From Leucoraja ocellata (Eukaryota): a stretch of DNA of 64,000 bases. Below are positions 62,756-64,000 of the stretch, one piece after another. Location of the stretch: the NCBI GenBank assembly GCA_036785375.1, contig JAWMAR010002538.1, positions 62,001-126,000 of the forward strand. Reading direction: 5' to 3'. Positions within the stretch are counted from its first letter, which is position 1; every line of letters starts with the position of its first letter. The notes beneath the pieces are model-generated. The model saw only the letters and a list, made by a program, of their open reading frames with translations, did no database searches and was not told the DNA's origin. The position numbers and the translations under genes were made by a program.

Positions 62756-63276
62756 AGTCCCCCAGCTCCGTTCCCCAGGCAGCATCTCTGGAGAGAAAGA
62801 ATGGGTGACGTTTCGGATTGATACCTTTCTTCAGACTACAGTTTTTTTCTTTGGTTTAACCAGCATCTGCAGTTCCTTCCTGCACAAGGGAGAGGGAATT
62901 TTGTCATGAGGTGATACTTTTACTAATTGAAATATTAATCATATTTTGAAAACACTAAATAAGCTCAATTTTCCTTTTCAGCCTTTCAACACAAACAAAT
63001 TAAAACTGACACTGGAAGAATATTTCCTCCCTTTGAGCTCCATGACAACAAAGATTTGAATTAGGAGACCTAATGCCTTTTTGAGCTTCCTCCATTGATA
63101 ACAGTCTGAGGGAACTTGTCAAGGAAAAAACTTGAGATTTCTAAAATTGTTTTCTTCCAGTGCTAAATAATGCAATGCACACAAACTACCAGATTAATTT
63201 TCATCCATGTTCTTGCATATTTTACAAATAAATATGATTATTTGATCTTCATATCAATCCACTTAAATTAAGAAAC

Positions 63277-63868
63277 TCCAGAAATAGTGGATGCATCAGT
63301 AATAATTTTTCAAAACTCTTTAGATTCTGGAGTAGTTCCTGAGGATTGGAGGGTAGCAAACGTAACCCCACTTTTTAAAAAGGGAGGGAGAGAGAAAACA
63401 GCCAATTACAGACCAGTTAGTCTAACATCGGTAGTGGGGAAACTGCTAGAATCAGTTATTAAAGATGGGATAGCAGCACATATGGAAAGTGGTGAAATCA
63501 TTGGACAAAGTCAGCATGGATTTATGAAAGGTAAATCATGTCTGACGAATCTTATAGAATTTTTTGAGGATGTAACTAGTAGAGTGGATAATATCTGGAC
63601 TATCAAAAGGCTTTCGGCAAGGTCCCACATAAGAGATTAGTATACAAACTTAAAGCACACGGTATTGGGGGTTCAGGATTGATGTGGATAGAGAACAGGC
63701 TGGCAGACAGGAAGCAAAGAGTAGGAGTAAACGGGTCCTTTTCAGAATGGCAGGCAGTGACTAGTGGGGTACCGCAAGGCTCAGTGCTGGGACCCCAGCT
63801 ATTTACAATATATATTAATGATTGGACGAGGGAATTGAATGCAACATCTCCAAGTTTGCGGATGACAC
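63277..63868 (+). mobile_element. CR1 RT fragment with an internal deletion
   Basis: PEIVDA...DWRVANVTPLFKKG...[10 protein letters not shown]. Confidence 0.92.
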
Positions 63869-63985
63869 ATAGAAACATAGAAAATAGGTGCAGGAGAAGG
63901 CCATTTGGCCCTTCGAGCCTGCACCACCATTCAATATGATAATGGCTGATCATCCAACTCGGTATCCTGTACCTGCCTTCTCTCT
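63869..63985 (-). mobile_element. Inverted CR1 3' tail abutting the RT fragment
   Basis: atagaaacatagaaaataggtgcagg... is the reverse complement of the CR1 tail. Confidence 0.9.
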
Positions 63986-64000
63986 ATTCGCTTTCTTCAC

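Overview
Repeat-rich vertebrate genomic DNA, most likely from a cartilaginous fish such as a skate or ray (inferred from HER1/CR1-type LINEs, V-SINE/HE1-type SINEs, Rex1/Babar and Penelope-derived repeats). The only intact host coding sequence I can support is the last coding exon of ARL15 (minus strand, 36972-37130); its 3' UTR runs leftwards, and everything to its right is presumably ARL15's last intron. The rest is a layered TE landscape: a Mag-type Gypsy element with a rearranged 5' LTR, a structurally complete but decayed DIRS element (ITRs plus ICR), Tc1, Harbinger and Helitron DNA transposons, many CR1/Rex1/L2/RTE fragments, and a family of short palindromic Penelope-derived insertions carrying minimal hammerhead-ribozyme motifs. 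The most unusual object is an apparently spliced DPP3 mRNA fragment fused to a CR1 3' tail and carried inside a Helitron (57871-58230). All protein and family identifications come from recalled sequence knowledge, not database searches, and boundaries of degraded elements are approximate.
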